A DNA stretch of 64,000 bases from Bosea sp. (in: a-proteobacteria) (GCF_035999205.1 NZ_DASYHA010000021.1:39605-103604), one strand, 5' to 3'; shown: positions 49,893-59,801, numbered from the stretch's first letter. The notes: generated from the letters alone by a model not told the origin. Translations and numbers: made by a program.

Positions 49893-50013
49893 CTTCCAGC
49901 CGCGTCATCCTGGGCGACCGAAGGTCGGCCCGGGATCCATCATGGGGAGCCGAGCTCTCCGATGGATCCCGGCGTTCCGCTTCGCTTCGGCCAGGATGAA
50001 GGCGCGGCTGGAA
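49893..50013. repeat. Palindromic intergenic repeat element, family copy 2
   Basis: Arms are ...cgtcatcctgggcgaccgaaggtcggcccgggatccatc and gatggatcccggcgttccgcttcgcttcggccaggatgaaggcg.... The arm consensus is shared with 13723-13830. Confidence 0.7.
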
Positions 50014-50036
50014 TACACGCCGGCGCGCGCTGAACC

Positions 50037-50723
50037 ATGACCGAGGGCGAGCGCGGCGGAATGGACGAGGAGGCGCCGGCCAGCGAGGGCGAGCGGACCG
50101 TCGCCTTCCTGCTGTCGCTGCGGGCGCAGGGCGTGCGTGATCTCACGCTTCTTCGCGCGATGGAACGGATCGCGCGCGAGCGCTTCGCTCCGGCGCGCTT
50201 CGCCGATCTCGCCCGGCAAGACGTGTCGGTGCCGCTGCCCTGCGGCCAGACCATGACGGCGCCGCACACGGTCGCCGCGCTTCTCACAGCGCTCGACATG
50301 CAGGCCTCGGCGCGCGTGCTCGAGGTCGGCACCGGCTCGGGCTATGTTGCGGCCCTCATGGCTGCGATGGGCGGCGAGGTCGTTTCGCTCGAACGCTACC
50401 GGACGCTGGCCTTGGCCGCACATGAGCGGGTCGCGGCGAGCGGGTATGGCGCTTCCGTCGAGCTGCGCCATGCCGACGGCTTCCAGCCGGACCGGACGCT
50501 CGGACGCTTCGACCGCATCCTGGTCAACGGCGTGACCCATGCGATTCCCGAATCACTGCTGATGCGCCTGTCGACGGGCGGGCGGCTCGTGGGGGCGCTG
50601 CGTGTCGAGGGCGCGGCGCGCCGGGTCGTGGTGACGCGCCTCGCGGATGGCGGCTTCGACCATGCGATGGGCCCGGCCATCCGCCTGCCGCCGCTGGTAC
50701 CGGGGCTGGCGCGCGCCCTTTGA
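50037..50723 (+). CDS. pcm: Protein-L-isoaspartate O-methyltransferase
   Basis: SAM motif VLEVGTGSGYVAALMA. Position in the surE-pcm-nlpD arrangement. Confidence 0.85.
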   Translation: MTEGERGGMDEEAPASEGERTVAFLLSLRAQGVRDLTLLRAMERIARERFAPARFADLARQDVSVPLPCGQTMTAPHTVAALLTALDMQASARVLEVGTGSGYVAALMAAMGGEVVSLERYRTLALAAHERVAASGYGASVELRHADGFQPDRTLGRFDRILVNGVTHAIPESLLMRLSTGGRLVGALRVEGAARRVVVTRLADGGFDHAMGPAIRLPPLVPGLARAL

Positions 50724-50843
50724 GGCGGTTTCTCGGAGTCGAACGAAAAAGCAAACGCGAAGGTGTGGCTCGAAACGGTTTCGTAACCTGAACGGGGCTT
50801 TAATGCTCCCCATCGAGTTGCGTTGTTCGCGAGTGCCAGTTCC

Positions 50844-52268
50844 ATGCGTAGCCAAGCCGGATCGGTCAAGTTCAGCCTCGTCCTCCGCGCGTCGACAGCG
50901 TGCCTGCTCGCCTTGGGCGTCAGTGCCTGCTCGTCCGATACGATGCGGTTCACCGAGACCCCCTTCGCGAATCCCTTCAAGTCCGCCCAGGCTTCGGCCG
51001 CGGTGCGCGATCCAGCCACCACCGGTTCGATCGGTGGTTCGGCCAACACGCCGGTCTATTCGACGCCGGCGCCGGTCATGACCGCGGTCCGTTCCCAGCC
51101 GCTTCCGCCGCCGCAGTCGGCGGTTGCTCTGCGCAGTGCCGCGCCGCAGCCCGTTGCCGGCAATGCCTCGGGCTGGAGCGCACAGGGCGGTACCCCGATC
51201 GTGGTCGCCCAGGGCGAGACGCTCGACATGATCTCGTCGCGCTACGGCGTGCCGCGTGCTGCGCTGATCTCGGCCAACGGGCTGTCCAGCCCGAATGTCG
51301 CGCCGGGCTCTCGTCTGACCATCCCGGTCTACAACGCCGCTACCGCCGGCAGCGCGCCGGCGCCGAGGCAGCAGGTTGCGCAGGCCCAGCCCGAAACCCG
51401 CTCCGATGCGTCGCGTTTCGGGACCGGTCCCGCTCCTGCAGCGTCGGTCGCCGCGGTTCGCCCGGCTGCGCCGGTGCAGGACGCTCGTGCAAAGGCTCAG
51501 GCCGAGGCCAGGGCGGCTGCAGACGCCAAGGCCAGCGCCGCACAGCAGAAGGCGGCCGCCGCCGCTGAAGCCAAGGCGAAGGCGGAAGCCGATGCGCAGG
51601 CGATGCGCGATGCGCGGGCCCGTTTCGCAGCCGAGGCCAAGGCCAAGGCCGCCGCGAAGGTGTCCGCTCCTGTCGCTGCCGTTCCCGTCGCCAAGCCCGT
51701 CGCAGTTGCCAAGCCGGTTGTCGAGAAGCCCGTGGTCGCCGAGGCCAAGCCGGTTCGTGCTCCCGCTCCGGAGAAGGCCAAGCCGGTCGTCGTCGCTAGC
51801 GCGCCTGCGGTGGAGCCGAAGGCCACCGCCATTCCGAAGGCTGAGCCTGAACCCGCTGCGACCACCGCCAGCCTGCCGAAGCAGGAGGAGGCGGGCGAGA
51901 AGGCCGATTTCCGCTGGCCCGCTCGTGGCCGCGTCATCTCCGGCTTCAGCGGCCGGGGCGGCAACGAGGGCATCAACATCGCCGTGCCGGAAGGCACGCC
52001 GATCAAGGCGGCCGAGGGCGGCACTGTCGCCTATGCCGGCAACGAGCTGAAGGGCTACGGCAATCTCGTGCTGATCCGCCATCCCAACGGCTATGTCTCG
52101 GCCTACGCCCATAATGGCGAGCTGAACGTCAAGCGCGGCGAGACGGTGAAGCGCGGCCAGGTCGTGGCCAAGTCGGGCCAGAGCGGCAATGTCTCCTCGC
52201 CGCAGCTGCATTTCGAGCTGCGCAAGGGCTCGGCGCCGGTCGATCCGACACCCTATCTGAACAACTGA
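50844..52268 (+). CDS. LysM-domain / M23-peptidase-domain lipoprotein (NlpD-like)
   Basis: Lipobox LGVSAC. LysM domain (IVVAQGETLDMISSRYGVPRAALISANGL). Long Ala/Lys-rich linker. C-terminal M23 domain (…GINIAVPEGTPIKAAEGGTVAYAG…LHFELR…). ATG at 50844 chosen over the TTG at 50823. Confidence 0.85.
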   Translation: MRSQAGSVKFSLVLRASTACLLALGVSACSSDTMRFTETPFANPFKSAQASAAVRDPATTGSIGGSANTPVYSTPAPVMTAVRSQPLPPPQSAVALRSAAPQPVAGNASGWSAQGGTPIVVAQGETLDMISSRYGVPRAALISANGLSSPNVAPGSRLTIPVYNAATAGSAPAPRQQVAQAQPETRSDASRFGTGPAPAASVAAVRPAAPVQDARAKAQAEARAAADAKASAAQQKAAAAAEAKAKAEADAQAMRDARARFAAEAKAKAAAKVSAPVAAVPVAKPVAVAKPVVEKPVVAEAKPVRAPAPEKAKPVVVASAPAVEPKATAIPKAEPEPAATTASLPKQEEAGEKADFRWPARGRVISGFSGRGGNEGINIAVPEGTPIKAAEGGTVAYAGNELKGYGNLVLIRHPNGYVSAYAHNGELNVKRGETVKRGQVVAKSGQSGNVSSPQLHFELRKGSAPVDPTPYLNN

Positions 52269-52382
52269 GCCGAACCTTCATCTCGCATCGGCACTCCCAG
52301 AAATCCGGATCCCGGCTTTCGGGCCGACGCTCCAGAGTTCACCCTTCGACCGGTCTCCGCGAGACCCCACCGGTCGGAACAA

Positions 52383-52429
52383 GGCGGGGCGGTCCCAGGA
52401 AAGGCCGCCCCGCCATTCTTTTTGGTTTT
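52383..52429 (+). terminator. Rho-independent terminator after the nlpD-like gene
   Basis: Stem ggcggggcgg ... ccgccccgcc, then attctttttggtttt. Confidence 0.7.
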
Positions 52430-52545
52430 CGAGTTGGGGGAAGGGCCGCGCGAGCGGCCTTTTCTGTTTGCGAATGAGGTTCATGCCTCATTCGCCAGTG
52501 CGTCGCGCTGCCACCTTCTCCCGGTCGCGAGAAGCGCGGCGCCGC

Positions 52546-53454
52546 TTATCCCTCCAGCGTCTTGCCCAGGCGTCCCGCCAGATCCTGGATGTACTGCCAG
52601 GCCGTGCGGCCCGAGCGGGAGCCACGTGTGGTCGCCCATTCCAGCGCCTCGTGGTGGAGCGCCTCGCGCTCGATCTCCAGCCCGAAATGGCCGACATAGC
52701 CGTCGATCATCGCGAGATACTCGTCCTGGCTGCATTTGTGGAAGCCGAGCCAGAGGCCGAAGCGATCCGACAGCGAGACCTTCTCCTCGATCGCTTCGCC
52801 GGGGTTGATCGAGGTCGAGCGTTCGTTCTCCATCATATCGCGCGGCAACAGGTGTCGGCGGTTCGAGGTGGCGTAGAACACGACATTGCCGGGCCTGCCT
52901 TCGACGCCGCCGTCGAGCGCCGCCTTCAGCGACTTATAGGAGGTGTCGCCCCCGTCGAAGGATAGGTCGTCGCAGAAGACGATGGCGCGATGCGCGTCGG
53001 GGCGCAGCAGCCCCATCAGGACGGGCAGGCTCTCGATGTCCTCGCGGTGGATCTCGATCAGCTTGAGCGGAAGGGCCTCACCCTGCAGGCGCTGGTTGGT
53101 GTCGGCATGGACCGACTTGACCAGGGAGGACTTGCCCATGCCGCGGGCGCCCCAGAGCAGCACGTTGTTGGCCGGCAGGCCGCGGGCGAAGCGCTCGGTA
53201 TTCTCGGCCAGCGTGTCGCGGACACGGTCGACCCCGCGCAGCAGCGAGAGCGCGACGCGGTTGACGCGCGCTACCGGCGCGAGTTCGGATCCGGCGGGAT
53301 GCCAGACGAAGGCGTCGGCGAGCGTGAGGTCGGCCGGTTTGCGGGCTGGCGGGGCGATCCGCTCCAGCGCGTCGGCGATGCGCAGCAGCGTCGCGAGCGT
53401 CTGGTCAGTCTCGGTCGTGGCAGGGGAGGTCATGCTTGAGGTCATGCTGGGCAA
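52546..53454 (-). CDS. DUF815-family P-loop ATPase
   Basis: Contains NNVLLWGARGMGKSSLVKS (Walker A) and ...IVFCDDLSF... (Walker B-like). Divergent from yajC. Confidence 0.8.
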   Translation of the reverse strand: MPSMTSSMTSPATTETDQTLATLLRIADALERIAPPARKPADLTLADAFVWHPAGSELAPVARVNRVALSLLRGVDRVRDTLAENTERFARGLPANNVLLWGARGMGKSSLVKSVHADTNQRLQGEALPLKLIEIHREDIESLPVLMGLLRPDAHRAIVFCDDLSFDGGDTSYKSLKAALDGGVEGRPGNVVFYATSNRRHLLPRDMMENERSTSINPGEAIEEKVSLSDRFGLWLGFHKCSQDEYLAMIDGYVGHFGLEIEREALHHEALEWATTRGSRSGRTAWQYIQDLAGRLGKTLEG

Positions 53455-53727
53455 TATCCTGGCGGGCCTGCGAGAGGGCGATCCACAACAACCGTACCCG
53501 GCGGTACGGCAAATGGAACCCTAAACTGTGTGCCGCGACAAAGCGCAAGGCCATTGCGCGAACAGCGGCAAGCCCATAGGTGAGGAACGCGTCCGCGTCA
53601 GCGGCCGCGTCCGATTGATTTACCGGCGTCGCTGGCTATAGTCCGCGCGCTTTTTGAGCCTGACGATGGATTTGCCGCAGCCTGCGGCCGGCGGCGCGCC
53701 GCGCCGGCGTGATGAAGGAGCCCTTTC

Positions 53728-54054
53728 GTGATCACCCCCGCTTTCGCCCAAGCCGCCGGGGCCGGTGGCTCCACCGACATGCTGATGTCGCTGGTGCCGT
53801 TCGTCCTGATCTTCGTGATCATGTGGTTCCTGATCATCCGCCCGCAGCAGAAGCGCGTGAAGGCCCATCAGGAGATGATCAAGAACGTGCGTCGCGGCGA
53901 CACGGTCGTGACCTCCGGAGGCATCATCGCCAAGGTCACCAAGGTGACTGACGACGCCGAGCTCGAGGCGGAAATCGCCGACGGCGTAAAGGTCAAGCTC
54001 GTCAAGGGCATGATCACCGACGTTCGCGCCAAGGGCGAGCCGGTCAAGAGCTAA
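53728..54054 (+). CDS. yajC: Preprotein translocase subunit YajC
   Basis: GTG start 7 nt after GAAGGAG. Contains LVPFVLIFVIMWFLIIRPQQKR...GDTVVTSGGIIAKV. Confidence 0.9.
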   Translation: MITPAFAQAAGAGGSTDMLMSLVPFVLIFVIMWFLIIRPQQKRVKAHQEMIKNVRRGDTVVTSGGIIAKVTKVTDDAELEAEIADGVKVKLVKGMITDVRAKGEPVKS

Positions 54055-54126
54055 CCAGCCCCCGGCGGGCTACTCGGGTTCGGCCTCGCCAGGGGCCGGC
54101 CTGCGACAACAAGGCTGTTCACGCAG

Positions 54127-55737
54127 ATGCTCCGTTTCCAGACCCGCAAGGTCATCGTCGTCCTGCTCGTGCTGCTCTTCGGCTGCGGCTTCGCGTTGCC
54201 GAACCTGTTCTCGCCCGAGACGCGCAAGGCGATCGAGGCAGGCGCTCCCTCCTGGATTCCGCGCATCCTGCTGCCGATCCATGCGATGGTGCTCGGCCTC
54301 GACCTGCAGGGCGGCTCGCACGTCCTGCTCGAGGTCGACCGGGCCGATCTCACGCGCAGCCAGGTGACGCAGTTGCGCGACGACGTCCGGCGCATCGTCC
54401 GTGATGAACGGGTCTCCTTCCAGGGCGGCATCGTGATGAACCCGCGGGGCGTGCAGATCCGCGTGCCGGATGCTGCCGACCGCGCCAAGCTCCTGCCGAA
54501 GCTGCGTGAACTCTCTCAGCCGATCGGGACGCTCGGCGCGTTCGGGCCTTCCGGCAACCAGTCGATCGCCGTCACCGAACAGCCCGATGGGCTGATCCAG
54601 CTTGCCGTCACGGATGCCGGCATCAACGAGCGCGTCAGGCGCGCCGTCGAGCAGGCGATCGAGGTCATCCGCCGCCGCATCGACGCGACCGGCACGACCG
54701 AACCGAACATCCAGAGGCAGGGGCTCGACCGCATCCTCGTCCAGGTCCCGGGCCTGCAGGATCCGCAGCGCCTGAAGGTGCTGCTCGGCGAAACCGCGAA
54801 GCTCGAGTTCCGCCTTGTGGCCGAACCGGGGGCGACCGATGTCGACATGCTGCCCTCGCAGGACGCCGGCGGCCAACTCGTCCCGGTGGCACGTCAGCCG
54901 ATCGTCGACGGCGCGGACCTGATCGACGCGCAGCCCGCCTTCGATTCACGCACCAGCCAGCCGATCGTCAATTTCCGCTTCAACATCCGCGGGGCCCAGC
55001 GTTTCGGCCAGATCACGACCGAGAATCTCGGTCGGGCGCTCGCCATCGTGCTCGACAACAAGGTGATCTCGGCGCCGGTGATCCAGTCACCGATCACCGG
55101 TGGATCAGGCCAGATCTCCGGCAACTTCACCGTCGAATCGGTCAACAACCTCGCCATCCTGCTGCGCGCCGGCGCGCTGCCGGCGAAGATGACGATCGTC
55201 GAGGAGCGCACCGTCGGCCCCGGCCTCGGCGCCGACTCGATCCATGCCGGCAAGATGGCCACCGTGATCGCGACCATTCTGGTGATCATCTACATGATCG
55301 CGACCTATGGCGTGTTCGGCTTCATCGCCTCGATCGCTCTGCTCGTCCATGTCTGCCTGATCCTCGGACTGATGTCGGTGCTGGGCGCGACGATGACGCT
55401 GCCGGGCATCGCGGGCATCGTCCTGACGATCGGCACTGCGGTCGACTCGAACGTGCTGATCTATGAGCGCATGCGCGAGGAGGCCCATATGGGCCGCAGC
55501 CTCGTCTCGGCCCTGGAGGCGGGCTTCCAGCGCGCCTTCGCCACGATCATCGACTCGAACGTCACCATGCTGATCGCGGCCGTGGCGCTGTTCTCGCTCG
55601 GCTCCGGCCCGGTGCGCGGGTTCGCCGTGGTGTTCATCCTGGGCATCCTGACCACCGTCATCACCGCGGTCACGCTGACCCGGATGCTGATCGCGCTGTG
55701 GTATCGCTGGGCGCGCCCCAAGACCCTTCCGTTCTGA
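54127..55737 (+). CDS. secD: Protein translocase subunit SecD
   Basis: 536 aa. A large periplasmic loop, then a 6-TM C-domain (…LGLDLQGG…, …GIAGIVLTIGTAVDSNVLIYERMREE…). Confidence 0.95.
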   Translation: MLRFQTRKVIVVLLVLLFGCGFALPNLFSPETRKAIEAGAPSWIPRILLPIHAMVLGLDLQGGSHVLLEVDRADLTRSQVTQLRDDVRRIVRDERVSFQGGIVMNPRGVQIRVPDAADRAKLLPKLRELSQPIGTLGAFGPSGNQSIAVTEQPDGLIQLAVTDAGINERVRRAVEQAIEVIRRRIDATGTTEPNIQRQGLDRILVQVPGLQDPQRLKVLLGETAKLEFRLVAEPGATDVDMLPSQDAGGQLVPVARQPIVDGADLIDAQPAFDSRTSQPIVNFRFNIRGAQRFGQITTENLGRALAIVLDNKVISAPVIQSPITGGSGQISGNFTVESVNNLAILLRAGALPAKMTIVEERTVGPGLGADSIHAGKMATVIATILVIIYMIATYGVFGFIASIALLVHVCLILGLMSVLGATMTLPGIAGIVLTIGTAVDSNVLIYERMREEAHMGRSLVSALEAGFQRAFATIIDSNVTMLIAAVALFSLGSGPVRGFAVVFILGILTTVITAVTLTRMLIALWYRWARPKTLPF

Positions 55738-55767
55738 CGCAAGCCAACTGCTCAAGGAGATCAGCGC

Positions 55768-56718
55768 ATGCGTCTGGTTCGCATCGTTCCCGACAATACG
55801 ACGTTCAAGATCGTCCGCTTCCGGCGGTTCAGCTACCCGTTCTCGGCGGCCTATTCGCTGCTGGTGCTGTTCCTGTTCGCGACCATCGGGCTGAATTTTG
55901 GCATCGACTTCCGCGGTGGCACGCTGATCGAGATGCAGGCGAAGTCCGGGAAGACCGAGATTGCCCAGATTCGCCAGACCGCGAACGGGCTCGGCTTCGG
56001 CGAGGCGGAGGTCCAGGAGTTCGGCCAGGCCGGCGACGTCTCGATGCGCTTCGCCCTGCAGCCCGGCGGTGAAGCCGCGCAGCAGCAGGTCGTCGTCAAG
56101 GCGCGAGAGGCGTTCTCGCAGAGTTTCGATTTCCGCCGGGTCGAAACCGTCGGCCCGCGCGTCTCGGGCGAGCTTGTCCAGGCCGGCACGCTCGGCGTCG
56201 TGCTCGCGATCGTCGGCGTGCTGATCTATCTCTGGTTCCGCTTCGAGATGCCGCTCGCCATCGGCGCGATCCTCGGCACGCTGCACGACATCGTGCTGAC
56301 GATGGGCTTCTTCCTGATCACGCAGCTCGAGTTCAACCTGACCTCGATCGCGGCGATCCTGACCATCGTCGGCTATTCGCTGAACGAGACGGTGGTGGTG
56401 TTCGACCGCACGCGCGAATTGCTGCGGCGCTACAAGACCATGCCGGTCGCCGACCTGCTCGATCTCTCGGTGAACTCGACCCTGTCGCGCACCGCGATTA
56501 CCTCGACCACGACGGTGCTCGCGCTGATCGCGCTCGTGCTGTTCGGCGGTTCGGCGATCGAGGGCTTCGCGCTGGTCATGCTGTTCGGCGTCGTGGTCTG
56601 CACCTATTCGGCGATGTTCATCTCGACGCCGGTGCTGCTCTACATGGATGTGCGCAGCACCGCCCAGCGCGAGGAGGCGCAGGAGCGCGCAGCCACCGCC
56701 AGCAAGGCCAAGGCCTGA
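55768..56718 (+). CDS. secF: Protein translocase subunit SecF
   Basis: Contains ...GIDFRGGT... and ...IAAILTIVGYSLNETVVVFDRTRE.... Confidence 0.95.
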   Translation: MRLVRIVPDNTTFKIVRFRRFSYPFSAAYSLLVLFLFATIGLNFGIDFRGGTLIEMQAKSGKTEIAQIRQTANGLGFGEAEVQEFGQAGDVSMRFALQPGGEAAQQQVVVKAREAFSQSFDFRRVETVGPRVSGELVQAGTLGVVLAIVGVLIYLWFRFEMPLAIGAILGTLHDIVLTMGFFLITQLEFNLTSIAAILTIVGYSLNETVVVFDRTRELLRRYKTMPVADLLDLSVNSTLSRTAITSTTTVLALIALVLFGGSAIEGFALVMLFGVVVCTYSAMFISTPVLLYMDVRSTAQREEAQERAATASKAKA

Positions 56719-56743
56719 TTCCGCACGGCACGGAGGCGTCGGC

Positions 56744-57121
56744 ATGACCCGCTTCGACGGATTCGTGCCCGGCCGGCACCAGCTCGACGCCTTCGGGGCT
56801 GGTGGCTTCCGCTTCGCCGGCATGAGCCATCGCGGCTCGGTGCTGGCGACGCCGGCCGGCATCCGGATCTGGCCGGTGACGCGCTTCGCCGAGATCACGC
56901 CGGAAAGCCTGAAGCCGGTGCTCGACGAGGCCGAGGCAATCGACTTCCTGCTGATCGGCACCGGGACCGACATCGCCTTCATCCCGCATGAATGGCGCGA
57001 CCTGCTCAAGGCGAGCGGGATCACGGTCGAAGGCATGGCGACGGGTGCTGCGGCGCGGACCTACAATGTGCTGGTGGCGGAGGAGCGCCGCGTCGCGGCG
57101 GCACTGATCGCGGTCGATTAG
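56744..57121 (+). CDS. Mth938-domain (DUF498) protein, NDUFAF3-like
   Basis: 125 aa. Contains ...FLLIGTGTDIAFIP...LKASGITVEGMATGAAARTYNVLVAEERRVAAALIAV. Start moved to MTRFDGF. Confidence 0.75.
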   Translation: MTRFDGFVPGRHQLDAFGAGGFRFAGMSHRGSVLATPAGIRIWPVTRFAEITPESLKPVLDEAEAIDFLLIGTGTDIAFIPHEWRDLLKASGITVEGMATGAAARTYNVLVAEERRVAAALIAVD

Positions 57122-57262
57122 CGCTACGTCGCGAGGCGTGGCTGCTGGCCGCCAACTCCGTCAAATCGTTCCCGCCATGTCGTTGAGACGTAGCCATGCG
57201 CCGCCGGCTCGTCCTACACTGCCGAGGCAGGGGCCAGGGGGCGGGCACTGGATCGAGGCAGG

Positions 57263-58159
57263 ATGATGCCGCAGGCAACCGAAACCGACCGTCGCAGCGA
57301 GACCACGCTTTCGGCCTTGCCCCAGGCTTATGCGCATTGCGCGACGATGGTGCGCGAGGCCGACCACGATCGCTACATTACCTGCCTCTATGCGCCGGAA
57401 TCGCAGCGGCCGGCGCTGTTCGCGCTCTATGCCTTCAGCCATGAGATCGCGCGCGTGCGGGCGCTGGTCAGCGAGCCGCTGCCCGGCGAAGTGCGGCTGC
57501 AATGGTGGCGCGACCTGCTCGAGGGCGAGGCGGGCGGCGAAGTGCAGGCGCATCCGGTCGCGGCCGCGCTGCTCGACACGATCGCGCGCTACCGCCTGCC
57601 GATCGCGCCGCTGACCGGGCTGATCGAGGCGCGCGTCTTCGACCTGTACGATGATCCGATGCCCTCCCTGCGTGACCTGGAAGGCTATGCCGGGGAGACC
57701 TCGAGCGCGCTGGTCCGGCTGGCATCGATCATCCTGGCCAATGGCCGCGACCCGGGCGGTGCGGCGGCGGCCGGCTATGCCGGTGTCGCCTACGCGCTGG
57801 CCGGGCTGATGCGCGCCTTTCCCTGGCATGCGGCGGAGGGGCAGGTCTATCTGCCGGCCGACATCCTCTCGCGCAACGGCGTCACCCGCGACGACATCGT
57901 GCGCGGGCGCGGCGGGCCCGGCGTGCTCTATTCGCTGAAGGAGCTGCGCGAGATCGCGCGCAGTCATCTGAAGAAGCTGAGCGACCTGCGCAGCACAATC
58001 CCCAGCGCGGTCATGCCGGCCTTCCTGCCGGCGGCACTGGTCGAGCCTTATCTCAAGCGCATGGAGCGCGGCGGCTACGATCCCTATCGCACGATCATCA
58101 CGCTGCCGGCCTGGCGGCGGCAATGGGTGATCTGGCGGGCGGCGCGCCGGGCGGGCTGA
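57263..58159 (+). CDS. Squalene/phytoene synthase-family protein, NDUFAF6-like
   Basis: 298 aa, trans-isoprenyl diphosphate synthase head-to-head fold (…YAHCATMVREADHDRYIT…, …LYAFSHEIARV…, …RVFDLYDDPM…). Confidence 0.8.
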   Translation: MMPQATETDRRSETTLSALPQAYAHCATMVREADHDRYITCLYAPESQRPALFALYAFSHEIARVRALVSEPLPGEVRLQWWRDLLEGEAGGEVQAHPVAAALLDTIARYRLPIAPLTGLIEARVFDLYDDPMPSLRDLEGYAGETSSALVRLASIILANGRDPGGAAAAGYAGVAYALAGLMRAFPWHAAEGQVYLPADILSRNGVTRDDIVRGRGGPGVLYSLKELREIARSHLKKLSDLRSTIPSAVMPAFLPAALVEPYLKRMERGGYDPYRTIITLPAWRRQWVIWRAARRAG

Positions 58160-58180
58160 ACTCGCGGACGGGCCGATATG

Positions 58181-58215
58181 AAAAAGCCCCCGGCCGAGAC
58201 CGGGGGCTTTCTGTT
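58181..58215. terminator. Bidirectional terminator between convergent genes
   Basis: aaaaa-agcccccgg-ccgaga-ccgggggct-ttctgtt, with an A-run on one side and a T-rich run on the other. Confidence 0.65.
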
Positions 58216-58232
58216 GCGGAGGCCGGTGGCGC

Positions 58233-59546
58233 TCAGACGTGGATCGAGCGGCTCTTGATCACCAGGATGGCGAAGATCGAGAGCGCGCAGCAGGCGACGA
58301 TGTAGGCGGAGACATAGACCGGGCTGCCGCCGGCCCAGCCGACGAGTGCCTGCGCGATGAAGGGCGTCGGCCCCGCCACCAGCACGCCGTTCAACTCACG
58401 CGACATTGCCAGTCCCGAGAAGCGGTAGCGCGTCGGGTAGAGATTGGTCAGGAAGGCGCCCTGTGCGCCGGCGGTCGAGCCGAAGCCGAGGCCGTAGCCG
58501 AGCGCGATGCCGACCGTGCACCAGAGCAGGCTGCCGGTGTCGAACATCCAGAACAGCGGGAAGGCGAGTGCGGCAATGACGAGCGCGCCGAAGATATAGA
58601 CCGTTGCCGAGCCGATCTTGTCGGCGAGGACGCCCATGAAGCCGACACCGACGATGCCGAAGAGCGAGCCGATGGTGACCGCGATCAGGCCATCCGTGCG
58701 GGTCATGCCGACGGTGTTGGTCATGTAGCTCAGCGAGAAGGCGCTGAGGATATAGGCGTTGGCGTTGTGAGCCGTTACCGACAGGAAGCCGAAGAGGACT
58801 TCCTTCGGACTGTTGAGGAAGAGCTCGCCGAGCGGAACGGACTGCTCATGCTTCTTGGCCTCGGCGCGGGCCATGGCCGCGACATATTCCGGCGTCTCGT
58901 CGAGATGCTTGCGGATATAGAGCGCCACCAGGAACAGCACGCCCGAGAGCAGGAAGGGCACGCGCCAGGCCCAGCCGAGCAGCACTTCTTCCGGTAGATA
59001 GGAGATGCCGAGGAAGGACAGGGTCGCGAGCATGATGCCGACCAGCGTCGCCGCATTCGGCAGTCCGGTGTAGAAGGCGCGCTTGTTGGCTGGTGCATAT
59101 TCCGCGACCAGCACCATCGCGCCGGCCAGCTCGGCACCGGCGCCGAAGCCCTGGATCAGACGCATGATGACGAGCAGGACCGGCGCCATGATGCCGATGC
59201 TCTGATAGGTCGGGAGCAGGCCCATCAGCACGGTCGCGGCGCCCATCAGCGCAATGGTCAGGATCAGCGCCGGCTTGCGGCCGAACTTGTCGCCGATATG
59301 GGAGATCACGATGCCGCCGACCGGCCGGGCGAAGTAACCGACGGCAAATGTCGCGAAGGCGGCCAGCACGCCGGTGCTCGGCGACAGGTTCGGGAAAAAG
59401 AGCTTGTTGATGATCAGGCCGGAGGCGGCGCCGTAGAGGGCGTAGTCGTACCACTCGATCACGGTGCCGACGGTGGCGGCGGTCACCGCCTTGCGGATAT
59501 TCGCGTCTTTCGCAGCCGGACGCGTCTCGGCATGGACATTCATCAT
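58233..59546 (-). CDS. MFS transporter, metabolite:H+ symporter (MHS) type
   Basis: 12 TM helices. N-terminal block GTVIEWYDYALYG and ...GDKFGRKPAL... are typical of the MHS subfamily. Start moved to MMNVHAE. Confidence 0.85.
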   Translation of the reverse strand: MMNVHAETRPAAKDANIRKAVTAATVGTVIEWYDYALYGAASGLIINKLFFPNLSPSTGVLAAFATFAVGYFARPVGGIVISHIGDKFGRKPALILTIALMGAATVLMGLLPTYQSIGIMAPVLLVIMRLIQGFGAGAELAGAMVLVAEYAPANKRAFYTGLPNAATLVGIMLATLSFLGISYLPEEVLLGWAWRVPFLLSGVLFLVALYIRKHLDETPEYVAAMARAEAKKHEQSVPLGELFLNSPKEVLFGFLSVTAHNANAYILSAFSLSYMTNTVGMTRTDGLIAVTIGSLFGIVGVGFMGVLADKIGSATVYIFGALVIAALAFPLFWMFDTGSLLWCTVGIALGYGLGFGSTAGAQGAFLTNLYPTRYRFSGLAMSRELNGVLVAGPTPFIAQALVGWAGGSPVYVSAYIVACCALSIFAILVIKSRSIHV

Positions 59547-59712
59547 GTCGTCGGTCGTTCCTCGACAATCTTCTGATCGAGGATCGGTAATCGACTGGAG
59601 CGCCCCCGGCCACGATGCTTGCTGCATTGCGGCATGCATAAAGGCGCTGACCATGGGTCAGAGAAATGAAGACAAAACGCTCAGAATCGACGTTTAACCG
59701 TGAAACACAGTC

Positions 59713-59738
59713 AAAACGCGCCCTGATTCAGCGCGTTT
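59713..59738 (-). terminator. Terminator candidate after trmFO
   Basis: On the minus strand: aaacgcgc-tgaatcagg-gcgcgtttt. Confidence 0.55.
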
Positions 59739-59801
59739 GAAGAGCTATTATGGGTTTATTCGACTTTAGTCGTATGCGTGTTCACGATCCGGTGGGATCG
59801 A

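Noticed and set aside
47734-49908. 724-aa minus-strand ORF spanning serS and surE
   Set aside because: It is antisense to two well-supported housekeeping genes and crosses their intergenic spacer, with Arg/Ala-rich composition. Artefact of high GC.
55105-57036. 643-aa minus-strand ORF opposite secD/secF; similarly 3287-4780 (+) opposite mgtE and 5536-6723 (-) opposite lipB
   Set aside because: Same reasoning: the sense-strand genes have unmistakable family signatures and the antisense translations do not.
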